The position numbers were made by a program, and so were the translations under genes. DNA of 64,000 nucleotides from Azolla caroliniana (lineage: Eukaryota > Plantae > Polypodiophyta): assembly GCA_043228905.1 (NCBI GenBank), contig JBHGNT010000021.1, forward strand, positions 6,572,001 through 6,636,000, in the 5' to 3' direction. A model generated the notes under the pieces. That model searched no databases, was not told where the DNA came from, and was given only the letters and a program-made list of their open reading frames with translations. Of the stretch, positions 1-10,683 are shown in pieces (position 1 is the stretch's first letter; each line of letters begins with the position of its first letter).

Positions 1-772
1 ATGTCCCGAATCCGTAGTTACCGGCCTCCATGGTCGTCCCTTCACCGCAAGGCAAGAGGGTCACTTGCTCCGCACCCTCTCCTATGTCGCCGTCGTACGC
101 TCCCCCGGCCTCCGTATAGGCCCCGTCTTCTATGTCTAGGGAGGTTTCTTCCTCCGCACCCTCCGATCGCCTCCGGCCCGACTCCATAACAAGCCCTTCT
201 TCGGCTCCGATTTTCGCGTTCACAAGCTCGCATGCCTCCCGTATTAGCACCTCTAGGTCGAGCTCCGCCGAACCGTTTTGTGTTGAGCTCTCTTCCGGCA
301 GTAGTGCGTACTCACTCGTCGTTCTCTCTTCTCCGCCACTCGCGGGCCGTGTTGTGGCCGACCGCCTCGCATCATGTTGCCGGCACACCCACCGATCGAA
401 CTCATGTCGACCTCTTCCTTCCGGTTCCGTGTACCCGTACGCCTCCAATAGGGCTCCCTCAAAGGACACCCATGACTCATGAGCTTCTCGTAGCTCCTTG
501 ACCTCCTTGTGCACTGATACGGCCGCCACTCAAGGAAAATACTCTAGCCGCATCGCCTCGTCTACGCCCCTTTTCGCCATCTCGACCTTGTAGGCTCCCA
601 AAATTTTTAGGACCTCATTCCCATTGAACCGGCCGACTCCATCGACCACCCTTTCGACGGCTTGTTGAGCCGCATCTCGCTTCGCCATCTTCCGTCTGGC
701 TTCCATCACGATCTTTGCCATCATCTCCTCGAAGTCGAAGTCTTCTTCCATCTCCATGCTCCCTTGCCGCCC

Positions 773-790
773 TTCACGTCGGGTTCACCA
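773..790 (-). other. Primer-binding site complementary to tRNA-Trp
   Basis: Plus strand TTCACGTCGGGTTCACCA matches the recalled 3' 18 nt (including CCA) of plant tRNA-Trp; 4 nt from the LTR end; an identical 18-mer occurs at 29988-30005. Confidence 0.8.
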
Positions 791-794
791 AAGA

Positions 795-1323
795 TGTCGC
801 GTTGTTACGCGCGTGCGTGTAGAAGGGGCGGGACCACGGGGGTCTTGGACTAGGGAGTAGAGGAGAAAGAATAAGATATGAGAAATGGAAGCTTAACACC
901 GGATGAGAAGATGAAGAGTAGCACATAAGCGTAGACCAAAATAGATGGAAGCAAGATCCACAACAAGCTATATTAAAAACAAGCGAATGATTACAACAAT
1001 GGTGGCCGCCATGGCCGCACCAAACAACTATAAGAAAACCCTAAAGGAAAACCCAAGAAGAAAACCCTAACCGAAACCCTAAAACCGAATAGGAAACCTT
1101 CGACCTAAGTGGTATGCCTCTCTCCCTCAAAATAGGCAACCCCTTCATAAGTGACCCCTCCCTTCCTTTTATAGCCCAAGGAGGGAGGGACCTTACAATG
1201 TGGGATAAAATTTCCCCTCTTATCTCTATACACCATTTCCTAGTATACATGTGCACATGGTGCACACCACCGATTTGCCTATTCCACCCCGGTTTCCGTC
1301 TATGGACGAAAATCTTCACGACA
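795..1323 (-). repeat. 5' LTR (529 bp) of Trp-PBS gypsy
   Basis: Minus strand starts TGTCGTGAAGATTTTCG, the same start as the LTRs at 2997 and 57314; ends GCGACA next to the PBS. Confidence 0.85.
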
Positions 1324-3904
1324 ACGGCAGATTTGGCTATGCTAAGGTTGATCGCCTATATCAAATCTTTAAACGCACAGATCCACCACATTGCAAGAAA
1401 GAAGAACGCCATGGTTGACATGCTATCGAGTGCAAGATTTGAGAATGAAAGTGACATGGTTTCGAAAGATGAGGACGTCATCTTCGACTTCTTCAAGATG
1501 GCACGACTATTGGCAGAAGGCAAGGGCCCGCTAACCCTCCACGCCTTCAATGAAAATGATTACAAAGGAGAATGGTTACTGGTCGGTAGAGTCTTAAGAA
1601 CAATGATGATGAATGCTTCGTGGACGGCGGAAGCTCTACGAATTTGGATGAAAGCTTACCACTACTTTCTGAAGGGAGGATTCCTCTGGTGGCACCCGAA
1701 GTGAAGGACAAGAATGCCACGTCGAGTAGTGGGGAAAAAAGAGGAGCAAGTGATGATGATGTATGAATTCCACGAGAGTCCTTGGGTAGGTCATAGAGGA
1801 ACATGGGCAACGTTCGAGAAGTTGAAGGAGAAATACTACTGGCCAAGCATGTACAAAGATGTACTCCATTTCGTGTCCACATGTGAAACTTGCCAAGTAC
1901 ATTCGAACATACGTCATCGTGATGAGTTACGGCCGACATACCCGTTCACCATACACTTCAAATGGATGGTGGATCTAGTCTCGATGCCAATGGGAGTGGG
2001 ACAAATGAAGTACTTAGTATTGGCAAGAGAAGACCTGACAAATCAAGTGGAAGGACGGGCCTTGGCAAATAAGACGACGTCGGCCATTTGCAAATTTCTA
2101 CTCGAAGAGGTCGTATGCCGATACGGATGTGTGGGAAAGATAGTGGCTGACCGAGGGGAGTTGGATGCACATGAAGCAACGGAGCTCTTCGAATGACTAG
2201 GCGTGAAGCTCTCCCTCACGACTACCTACAATCCAGAAGTGAAGGGGAAGATCGAGCGAGGGCATGGACCAATAGTCAAAGCCATCGTATGAGCATGCAA
2301 TGGTCGAGTCGGGAACTGGCCACGACTATTGCCCTATGCCTTGTGGGCCGACAGAAGTACACATAGTTCAATGATAGGGTATATGCCAACGGAGCTTATG
2401 TATGGACAGAAGCCGGTAATACCCATTGAAAGGATGATCGCCTCATGGGTAGCGATACCATGGGAGAACGAGATGCGCCGAGAAGAATTATTAGTGGCAC
2501 AGATAAGGTGGCTGGAAAGAAGGCCGAACGATCTAGAAAAAGCGCGAAAGATGATAGAGGTAGCCCGAGTGAAGAACAAGATTTGATTTCGACAAGACAC
2601 ATCGATTGCGTCCCAAGAAGATCAAAGAAGGAGGTTGGGTATTAGTCTACGACAACAACCTTGACAATCAACACATGACAACAAGAAAGTTCGCAAGAAG
2701 ATGGTTCGGACCGTATGTGGTGACGAGTGCCAATGACAATGCCACATACCATCTTGCAGAGCTAGAAGGATCAAGGTTAGACATACCCATTGCGGGAAAA
2801 AGAGTGAAGATTTTCAAGAAAAGACAAGACGAGGGTCCTAACCTCGATCACCTCAACGATGAAGATAGTAGGACGGAACCTGCAAACTTGAGCTATATGA
2901 ACAAGGACGTGGAGGAATCTGATTGGTCATTGTAGCCGAAATCTCACACTCTCTTCTTGGCACGTACCAGAGGATGTGCGGTTTGGTTGGGGTGGATGTC
3001 GTGAAGATTTTCGGCATTGGTGTGAAAATTGGGTGGAACAAACTAAATCGAGAAGGTGTAATGCATGCTCAAACATTTGTAAAAAATCAAGATTAAAACC
3101 TAGTAATATTTTGTGCATACATAGGGGTGCAAGTAGGGGCTCAAGATAGTAGGACGAAACCTGCAAACTTTAGCTATATGAACAAGGACGTGGAGGAATC
3201 TGATTGGTCATCGTAGCCGAAATCTCATACTCTCTTCTTGGCACGTACCAGAGGACGTACGGTTTGGTGGGGGTGGATGTTGTGAAGATTTTCAGCATCG
3301 GTGTGAAAAATTGGGTGGAACAAACTAAATCGAGAAGGTGTAATGCACGCTCAAACATTTGTAAAAAATCAAGATTAAAGCCTAGTAAGGGTTTGAACCT
3401 TGCACCTCCAAGATAAGACCCAATAGACTTACCACTAAGGTAAGTCATTTCTTTAAAGTTCATTTTCATTGAATGATTAATTATAATTTCACATGTAAAT
3501 TCTCATACATGAGAGCTTGGATGAGTGACATGGTCATCATGCATCACATTTGATGCATGACCGCCAAAATGGCAAACATGCATTATATGCATGTCTTGTA
3601 CCCTCACATGCATGGGGGCATCTATAAAAGAGTGGAGGGAAAAGGAAAGGGGGATCAAGCAAGCTATGTACTAATCAAGAAATTAATAAAGAGAAAATTT
3701 GATATCCAAGTGGTGATGTATCCTGTCTTACAAATCTAATGTGAAGGGTTCGATCTCGAGCTCAATATCTCTCTGTCCATATCAATCTCTCTCAATCTAT
3801 CTTAAATACCTTCTCGGTAAAGCTAGTACAAACTTCAAATCCTTCCGGTCAAGGACCCCGGTGGTCCCGCTTTATTTCGCGAACACGCGAGGATTTCCTC
3901 GACA
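1324..3904 (+). mobile_element. Ty3/gypsy 3' half: RNase H end, integrase (with stops and frameshifts), PPT, 3' LTR
   Basis: HESPWVGHRG...CETCQ integrase Zn finger, WMVDLV core, RRWFGPY motif; purine tract GGGGTGGA then TGTCGTGAAG at 2997; LTR ends CCTCGACA at 3904. Closely homologous to 19068-20813. Confidence 0.92.
2862..3388 (+). repeat. Direct duplication (about 245 bp, period about 281) spanning the integrase end, PPT and LTR start
   Basis: AAGATAGTAGGACG...CCTAGTAA occurs at about 2862-3105 and about 3143-3388; LTR starts appear at both 2997 and 3278. Confidence 0.9.
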
Positions 3905-4390
3905 ACGTATATACGTACATATGTCTACAATGATACATTACACACATATATACATTACATACATACATACATAGATTACATATGTACATACATATTCCAC
4001 ATATCACCATATATATAGGTCATACAGGGTCATACAAACATCCCATATATGTACATACATATTCCACATATCACCATATATATAGGTCATACAGGGTCAT
4101 ACAAACATCCCATACACACATCCCATATATGTACATACATCCACACATCCCATACATACAATGCATATGTATATACAATAGATACGTCATACAATTAATA
4201 CAATACAATACCATATGTACATACATACACGCTTACAAATGTACACATATCACATACATATATACATGCAATACAATACATGTGCATGTATATATAGAAT
4301 AGACACACACATATATACACATGTATATAGAACGTTCACTCACATAACACACACATACATTTGCACATGACATACCAATAATACATATGT
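3905..4390. repeat. TA/CA-rich low-complexity tract with an internal duplication of about 66 bp
   Basis: Dense TACA/TATA repeats; CATATTCCACATATCACCATATATATAGGTCATACAGGGTCATACAAACATCCCATA occurs twice. A similar tract lies at about 11130-11390. Confidence 0.85.
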
Positions 4391-4497
4391 GATTTAGTAA
4401 AAAGTGGGAGGGGGGGGGGGAGAGGGGGGGGGGGAGAGAGAGAGAGAGAGAGAGGCTCTTTTTTCCTCCTCCACCCCCTCCCTATCTCGAAGCTTCC

Positions 4498-4910
4498 ATG
4501 GCCGCAGTATATCTCTAATATTGTTGCTTCGTCAGAGGTCTCACGTGGACCATAGATGATCGCAACATTGCTGACGCCTTTCGATACTTCGGCAAACTTG
4601 TCGACTCCAAGGTTATCAATGATTGTTAAACGTAATGATCACAAGGCTTTGACTTTGTGACATTCTTTGATGAGCAAGCGATGACATGATGACGAATGCG
4701 ATTGAGTCAATGAAGGGAAAAGAGCCGGATGGAAGCAACATTACTGTGAACCAAGCTCAGGCAAGATTGGGCGAGGGTGATGGAGTCTATTGTGCCTCCA
4801 ATGGAGGTGTTGGTTCATGATATGGAGATCATGAAAGTTATGATAGCACAGAGAGATCAAATGGAGGAAATGGTGGTAGCACAGAGAGAGGGAAAGCACC
4901 ATCAGCTTGA
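4498..4910 (+). pseudogene. Processed pseudogene of a glycine-rich RNA-binding protein (GRP7/GRP8-like RRM)
   Basis: Manual translation MAAVYL*YCCFVRGLTWTIDDRNIADAFRYFGKLVDSKVINDC*T**SQGFDFVTF...NAIESMKGKEPDGSNITVNQAQAR aligns with the GRP7 RRM (RNP2 CFVGGL, RNP1 RGFGFVTF, ITVNEAQSR); several stops, a frameshift, a decayed Gly-rich tail, and no intron at DSK|VIND. Confidence 0.85.
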
Positions 4911-5764
4911 TCGAACTCCTCTTCGAAGTAGTCCTCCTCTAGCGAGCAAGGATCTGTAGGACGAGCTACAAGAAGGGGGGAGAGAAGGATAGATTCTAAT
5001 GTGTGAACTTTCGTTTTTTGTTTTTTACATTGATTTCTCCATTGTTCTCTACATAATCCTAAAATGCTTAGGATTGTTAATTTTGTAAACAAAGCATTCA
5101 TTTTAAGAATTATTTGGTTTTCTTTTTTTCACATGCAATTTCTCAATTGATTTTTACAATCTTGCATCTTTAAATTGTAGTATAACAACTTTAGCTTTTG
5201 CTGAAATTTTATTGTTCCTTTTTTTGTTTCTTTTTATTTCACTTTGATTTCTATATAGCCTTGTATATATTATCATATTAATTATGTATTAAAAACTCTT
5301 GTCTATGAATTTTCTTTGCAAGGATACCCAAAAAAGTAGATCAATTGGAGGGTCTTATGGAAATATTGACACTTGATCAATGATAAATCAATGATGCCGA
5401 AAACATGAGGGAAGGTGACATTGCAAACGTGAAGGTTCTTAGTTTAGTACCATATAAGTTTAAAATGATGTTTGTGTGTGTATGTGTATGCATGTGCATG
5501 GTTGTGTTTGTATGCACGTATGAATGCATGCACACATGCATTTGCAGCATTCTCTCGCATGCTTTTTTTGCCATGTTACTATGTGTATTTGCTATTGTCA
5601 TTTCACATGAAAGACGAGCTCTTTCGGTCTTGAGAAACCTCATGCGGCTTCAAGAAGTGATTGACAATAGATGCTAGAGATTCCAATGACAATCGAAGAA
5701 GAGTTTGTTGTGATTTGTGCAAGCTTTCGTGCGAATGCAAGCTCGAATCCACATCTCCCATGCT

Positions 5765-6202
5765 TGTTGTCCACCGGAATAGTAATCGACGGACAAGAGC
5801 GTAGGAATAAGAAATAATATAAGATCATAACGCATGTAACGGTTCATGCAGGAAGCGTGAACGGCTAGATAGACCCTGCGTATATAAAGGGCAGAAAACC
5901 TCTGATAGAGGGAGCGTGTAATTTTGGGAATGTAAAGAGATGTATCATAATAGAATTCTATCTTCTCTGAAAGTCTGTGCATAGCTACGGCTAATCTGTT
6001 GTGTGTCTAGAATACTTGAGCGTGTAAGAACATAAGTGTAACCATTGCTAAGGAGTCGGTTGTAGCCGTCTCCCTCATACGTTGATAGGTTATAGGGAAC
6101 ATTCCCCTACGCATTACGCATAGATGCCTATTCGTTGTTCCACAACCACTTGGAGGTCTAGGTCGAAGGACTGACCACGGACCATATTCCTAATCGGTAA
6201 CA
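5765..6202 (+). repeat. 5' LTR of Tat-like element
   Basis: Direct repeat of 9320-9757; TATATAAA at about 5881. Confidence 0.95.
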
Positions 6203-6206
6203 CTTT

Positions 6207-6220
6207 TGGCACGCCTGGTG
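6207..6220 (+). other. PBS, tRNA-Arg type
   Basis: TGGCACGCCTGGTG 4 nt after the LTR; resembles the tRNA-Arg(UCU) PBS (TGGCACGCCCRGTGGGAC, recalled) used by Tat/Ogre elements. Confidence 0.75.
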
Positions 6221-6253
6221 ATCCGTGTCTTCTCACAGACGAGCAACGACGAA

Positions 6254-7570
6254 TGGATGTTTAGTCGCAGATGCCCCAAAGAACCAACACGACAAGACCG
6301 GCCAATCACAAGGTCCTTCACACGCCAGGCAGAAGAACACGCACGACAAAAGCCTCGCGTTAGCAACCTCAGTACTACCTACAATGATTACAAAGGTGAT
6401 TCTTCGCTTTCCAAATACCTTGACGAGACGCGGGGACTATGCTCACCGCAGCCACCCTGTGGTCTTTCCCGACCCGCCGTAGCCCCCAGCATGGCCTTTG
6501 CCTACCCCCACTTTAACAGTGAAACTGACGCCGCAACTCATATTCGCATGTTCCTTAATGTCTAGAATGTGAACCACATGGCGTAGAGCCTTTCGAAGGC
6601 GGTAGCGCACCAGTCGAAAATGACGGAGTTCGGGTTAACATTGGATGGGCGAGCGGCGTTTTGGCATTCACAAATGGATTTACCAGCAATAACAACCTTC
6701 GATCAACTGCAGTCCGCTTTCTTGCGGTTCTTCCATCGGAGGGTTCCACAACGTGAAATCCTCGAACAGTTCTACACAATTAAGCAACTGCCGACCGAGA
6801 AGATAGTAGACTTCAACTTACGTTTCCAAAATTTACGGCGGAAACTAGAACGGAGCCCCGCGGAGGACGAGGCTCAAGAAACATTTCTAGCAGCATTACG
6901 CCGACCCATCTGGGGAACGCTCAACAACAATAGCGTGAAAGGGGAAACGGCGGATATGGTCATTGAACGAGCATTATAGCTCGAGTTGGACGAGGACGAG
7001 GAAAGGTTTTCTATGTCCTCCTTACGACAAGCGTTACCCCAGGACGAGGAACGCCAGTTTCGTCAAGCAATCCAGTGCACGATCTGCTTGAACTCGGGGC
7101 ATTCCGCAGTGGAGTGCAATATGTAAATCCACTGCCCAATCTGCCACTCGAAGGCTCACACAGTCGAACAATGCGAATACAATATGTTGAACAGAGCCAC
7201 TCCCGTAGTCCGCAGCATGGACACCCAACGTCCACCACGCCAGACTGAACAAAGGAGGCAAGAAGACCGACCACGGTATATGGATTGCAACCCACGCGAG
7301 GACCGGCACCACCGGAATCGCGAAAATCACAACGATTCCGAGGAGGACGAACCAGAGGACAAGGATTATCGTGGACATCTGAGTTATGCTAAAGGGGGTC
7401 GGCGCTACGAGAATCACCAGCCGACAAACAAACGGGGTGGCTTCAATGGTTATCGTGGTAAGCCGCAGCAATATCGAGATCACCGGTGTTACGATAAAAG
7501 CTCGGGAGATGAGTGACACCAGGAACGACGACGGGACCAACAGCAACCACCACGTGTGTTCCGAAAAACG
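6254..7570 (+). pseudogene. Decayed gag of Tat-like element
   Basis: Retrotransposon-gag-like helical region (FGLTLDGRAAFW...FDQLQSAFLRFF...FQNLRRKL); knuckles CTICLNSGHSAVEC and CPICHSKAHTVEQC at about 7076-7174; in-frame stops. Confidence 0.8.
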
Positions 7571-9272
7571 AATGGCCGAGGAGCACGTGGAGTGCCAGAT
7601 GATTGAGCGTGCCCTAACACAAACGGCAGAGAGCGACGATGAGGACCGGTGAGCCAGGGTCGGCAGACAGAGGAACATCGGGGTACGCCGAGTGGGGATG
7701 GAGATACCCCCATTAAACATGTCCCTAGTCGAAGTCCATAGGGAACTGGCAAAGGTCAGCACGGGTGCCAAGGAGATGCCCATTAAAAATAAGAATGTCT
7801 AGAAGAAGGTGAAACTGAGCCAAGCCGAACTGCAAAAAGCCAGCGAACGCATCGCAGAGTTGGAAGCTAACGCGAATACGGCGCAACACGCAACTCCGCC
7901 ACCAAACCACGCCATCGACGCTTTAAAGGAAGAAATTGAGGCTCAGACCGCCATCGCCTCAAAAGCGAAAAGGGTTGTGCAACTAGCGGAATCAGAAATT
8001 GACCGCCTTCGAGCTGAACTATGCCAATCCTCAGACAGAGAAGAGGAGATACGGGCTAACTACCGGAAGGCAGTAAAAACCCTTGAAGAGAAACTCGCTA
8101 TAGAGGTAGCTCAACACATCCGAACAAAAGACGAAAACGCCCAATTACGGGAGGACGCGAAGAAATTGGAGGTGGCAATCGCGGGACTCCGGGCCTTATT
8201 AGAGAAAAAGAAGGTATGGTTCGACGAGCAGCTAGTGGTCGAACAAGAAAGAAGGCATCAGCTCGAAATCCGCCTAAACAATGAAATGGGGAAATAAGAA
8301 GAACAACATGCAAAGGAATCCCAGCTATGGGCAGGCCTGAACGCCACGTACGAAGAAGCGGCGGCGGTTAAACAGCAAGAAATTGCAAACCTCCAGAAGT
8401 CGATGGAGGACGCACGCAACCGTTGCCAGGCCATCACAAATAACGTGCGTATCCTTCTCCAAACAAATCGGGAGAGGTTCACAGCGCAATTGAAAACGGC
8501 GTTGGACAATGGATGGATGGCGTGGGCAACCCAAGCAGCGGAATTGCACGCGTATCGTGCGGACTGGGAGAACCGGCGAAAAGACGGCCGAGGTTTCTAT
8601 AAACTAAATGAGGAGAGCATTGCGGCCATACGAGAGGACCTAGCGCAAGACTATCGTGCGCTAGTGGACCAACACTCCGAAGAACTCGCGCAGCTCTTAG
8701 ATGATTTTGGTGAAATCCAGGAGGAGCTATTTCACCAGATCACACAAGCCGGCAACACGCAAACAAACAAGGAATCCAGCACGATGCCAATTCCGAGCAC
8801 GGCCGAAGAAGAGGAGCCTCTGGCTAGATCATCAGAAATTACAATGACGGGGAACAGCGCGAACTGACGAGCGGAGTCCCCCACAATACCAGACAATGAA
8901 ACCATTGCCCAAGAGGAGGTTCATCCTCATGAACCCACACTATCATCGGACCACACGGAGAACGGTGCAGGCCAGGCAGAATCGCAGCCCCACTCCCCGG
9001 AACGTACAAAGACGGCCGACACCACAGAGGAAGTAACGATTGAGACAGAGTCACGGCCGACTGCAAGCACGACGACGGCGGAGCCCAACCCACTAGCTCA
9101 AGAAGAGCCCACCGTACCCGAACCGCCCACGCACAACGACTGCGACATCGGGAGAAACCAGTCCGACTAAACAGGGGAGCCACACCACGATGCACCTACG
9201 GGCCCTACGTCGCCTCCGGACGCGGACACAGTAGCAGAGCCAAACATCCGGGCCATTTTGGAAGAGGATTAA
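7571..9272 (+). pseudogene. Extra sense-strand ORF (long coiled coil plus acidic/Pro-Thr tail), interrupted by stops
   Basis: ORF pieces 7809-8297 and 8403-8867 are E/K/A-rich heptad-like sequence; homologous to minus-strand pieces 55716-57191 (DWENRRKDGRGFYKLNEESIAAIREDLAQDYR vs DWENRRKEGRGFYKINEESIAAVREDLAQDYR). Confidence 0.75.
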
Positions 9273-9277
9273 CGGGA

Positions 9278-9319
9278 TGGGTCCGACGTGCCAGGGCACT
9301 GTCCCACAGGCGTGCCAGG
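9278..9319 (+). other. tRNA-Arg-3'-end-like segment (inverted second PBS) at the PPT position
   Basis: TGGGTCCGA-CGTGCCAGGGCACT-GTCCCACAGGCGTGCCA-GG directly abuts the 3' LTR; the reverse complement reads TGGCACGCCTGTGGGAC; no purine tract is adjacent to the LTR. Confidence 0.7.
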
Positions 9320-9757
9320 TGTTGTCCGCCGGAATAGTAATCGACGGACAAGAGCGTAGGAATAAGAAATAATATAAGATCATAACGCATGTAACAGTTC
9401 ACGTAGGAAGCGTGAACGGCTAGATAGACCCTGCGTATATAAAGGGCAGAAAACCTCTGATAGAGGGAGCGTGTAATTTTGGGAATGTAAAGAGACGTAT
9501 CATGATAGAATTCTATCTTCTCTGAAAGTTTGTGCATAGCTACGGCTAATCTGCTGTGTGTCTGGAATACCTGAGCGTGTAAGAACGTAAGTGTAACCAT
9601 TGTTAAGGAGTCGGTTGTAGCCGTCTCCCTCATACGTTGATAGGTTACAGGGAAAATTCCCCTACGCATTACGCATAGACGCCTATTCATTGTTCCACAA
9701 CCACTTGGAGGTCTAGGTCGAAGGACTGACCGCGGACCGTGTTCTTAATCGGTAACA
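9320..9757 (+). repeat. 3' LTR of Tat-like element
   Basis: Direct repeat of 5765-6202, followed by TSD ATGCT. Confidence 0.95.
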
Positions 9758-10683
9758 ATGCTCTAAAAAAGAAAGAAAGCGGACCAATACAACTTCCAAA
9801 GAGCTTATGCCATACCATTTGAATCTCGATGAAGCAACACTGACGTGCACATAAAAAACACTTAATTTATTTTGTGATATCTTTGTTGGAAATGCCATGT
9901 TGATGTGTTATATTAACGATAATCTTAATCTGCTAACCCAAACATGAAGTTCCATTCTCTTGTTTCGTTTCCAAATTTCTTTGCTATTCAAGGTGGCACG
10001 ATAGCATAGGAACAATGGAAGAGATTGAAGCATGTTTATATTTGGGCAAGAAATGACATATATGAGTGTCTTGACCCTGAATAGTTCTTGCAATGTTGGA
10101 GTTTCCTTTGAAACTATAAGGAAGTAAGCTTTGTTAATTCAAGCTTCCAGCATTGATGGCTTGGAGAAAAGTGAGCTCATCGAGGCATGCATCCATACAC
10201 AGTTATAAATATATATACATACATAGTTATGGGTTGCATATTATATTATAGACCACATAAGTTGATGTTATTGTGTGGGGGATCACTTAGGTGGTGAAGG
10301 TATAACAATTGACGCTTCTTGATTATTACTCTACATCTTTTGTTTGTTGCAGATTCTATTATGGACCAAAAAAGTTGATCTTATTGTGCATGGGATCAAG
10401 ATTGTAGCATTACTTAAGAGGTGAAGGTATAATGATCCATGCTTCTTGATTATTACACTACATCTTTTGTTTGCAACTATCATTTTGATTGTGTTATTTC
10501 ATTCGCACAACATATTAACCTTTGGTTTCTTATTGTTATTGTATAGGTTTTCAATTTATTGAATGATTGTGCTCAACAAAGAAGTAAAAAAACATGTTTT
10601 TTGTGTGTAGGTTTGCAAATCTCAGATTTCATAAGGACAATGATAAAGCGCATGTACGTGAAGTTTGTTCATATTTACATTGA

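Larger units (their letters stand above)
1..1323 (-). mobile_element. Ty3/gypsy LTR retrotransposon, 5' part (5' LTR, tRNA-Trp PBS, decayed gag); runs off the window's left edge
   Basis: LTR 795-1323 bounded by TGTCG...CGACA; PBS at 773-790; ORF 530-757 (VVDGVGRFNGNEVLKILGAYKVEM) resembles the gag N-terminus of the gypsy at 29459-30124 (VVGTISRFSGKDATKNLASYGVEM). Inserted into the RNase H region of another gypsy. Confidence 0.85.
5765..9757 (+). mobile_element. Non-autonomous (pol-deleted) Tat-like Ty3/gypsy LTR element carrying gag and a coiled-coil extra ORF
   Basis: 438-bp LTRs at 5765-6202 and 9320-9757 (TG...CA, about 20 mismatches); 5-bp TSD ATGCT at 5760-5764 and 9758-9762; PBS TGGCACGCCTGGTG; gag with two CCHC knuckles; no PR, RT, RH or INT motifs. 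Confidence 0.93.

Noticed and set aside
3982-4302. Y/I/H/T-rich ORFs (also 11056-11394)
   Set aside because: Translations of TA/CA microsatellite-like DNA.
4405-4454. Poly-G/(GA)n tract as a functional G-quadruplex
   Set aside because: A homopolymer/microsatellite prone to sequencing error, adjacent only to a pseudogene; no evidence of function.
9278-9319. Complete tRNA-Arg gene or tRNA-derived SINE before the 3' LTR
   Set aside because: No D-arm, anticodon arm or A-box is recognisable; only a 3'-end-like segment is present, which is reported as a cis-element.
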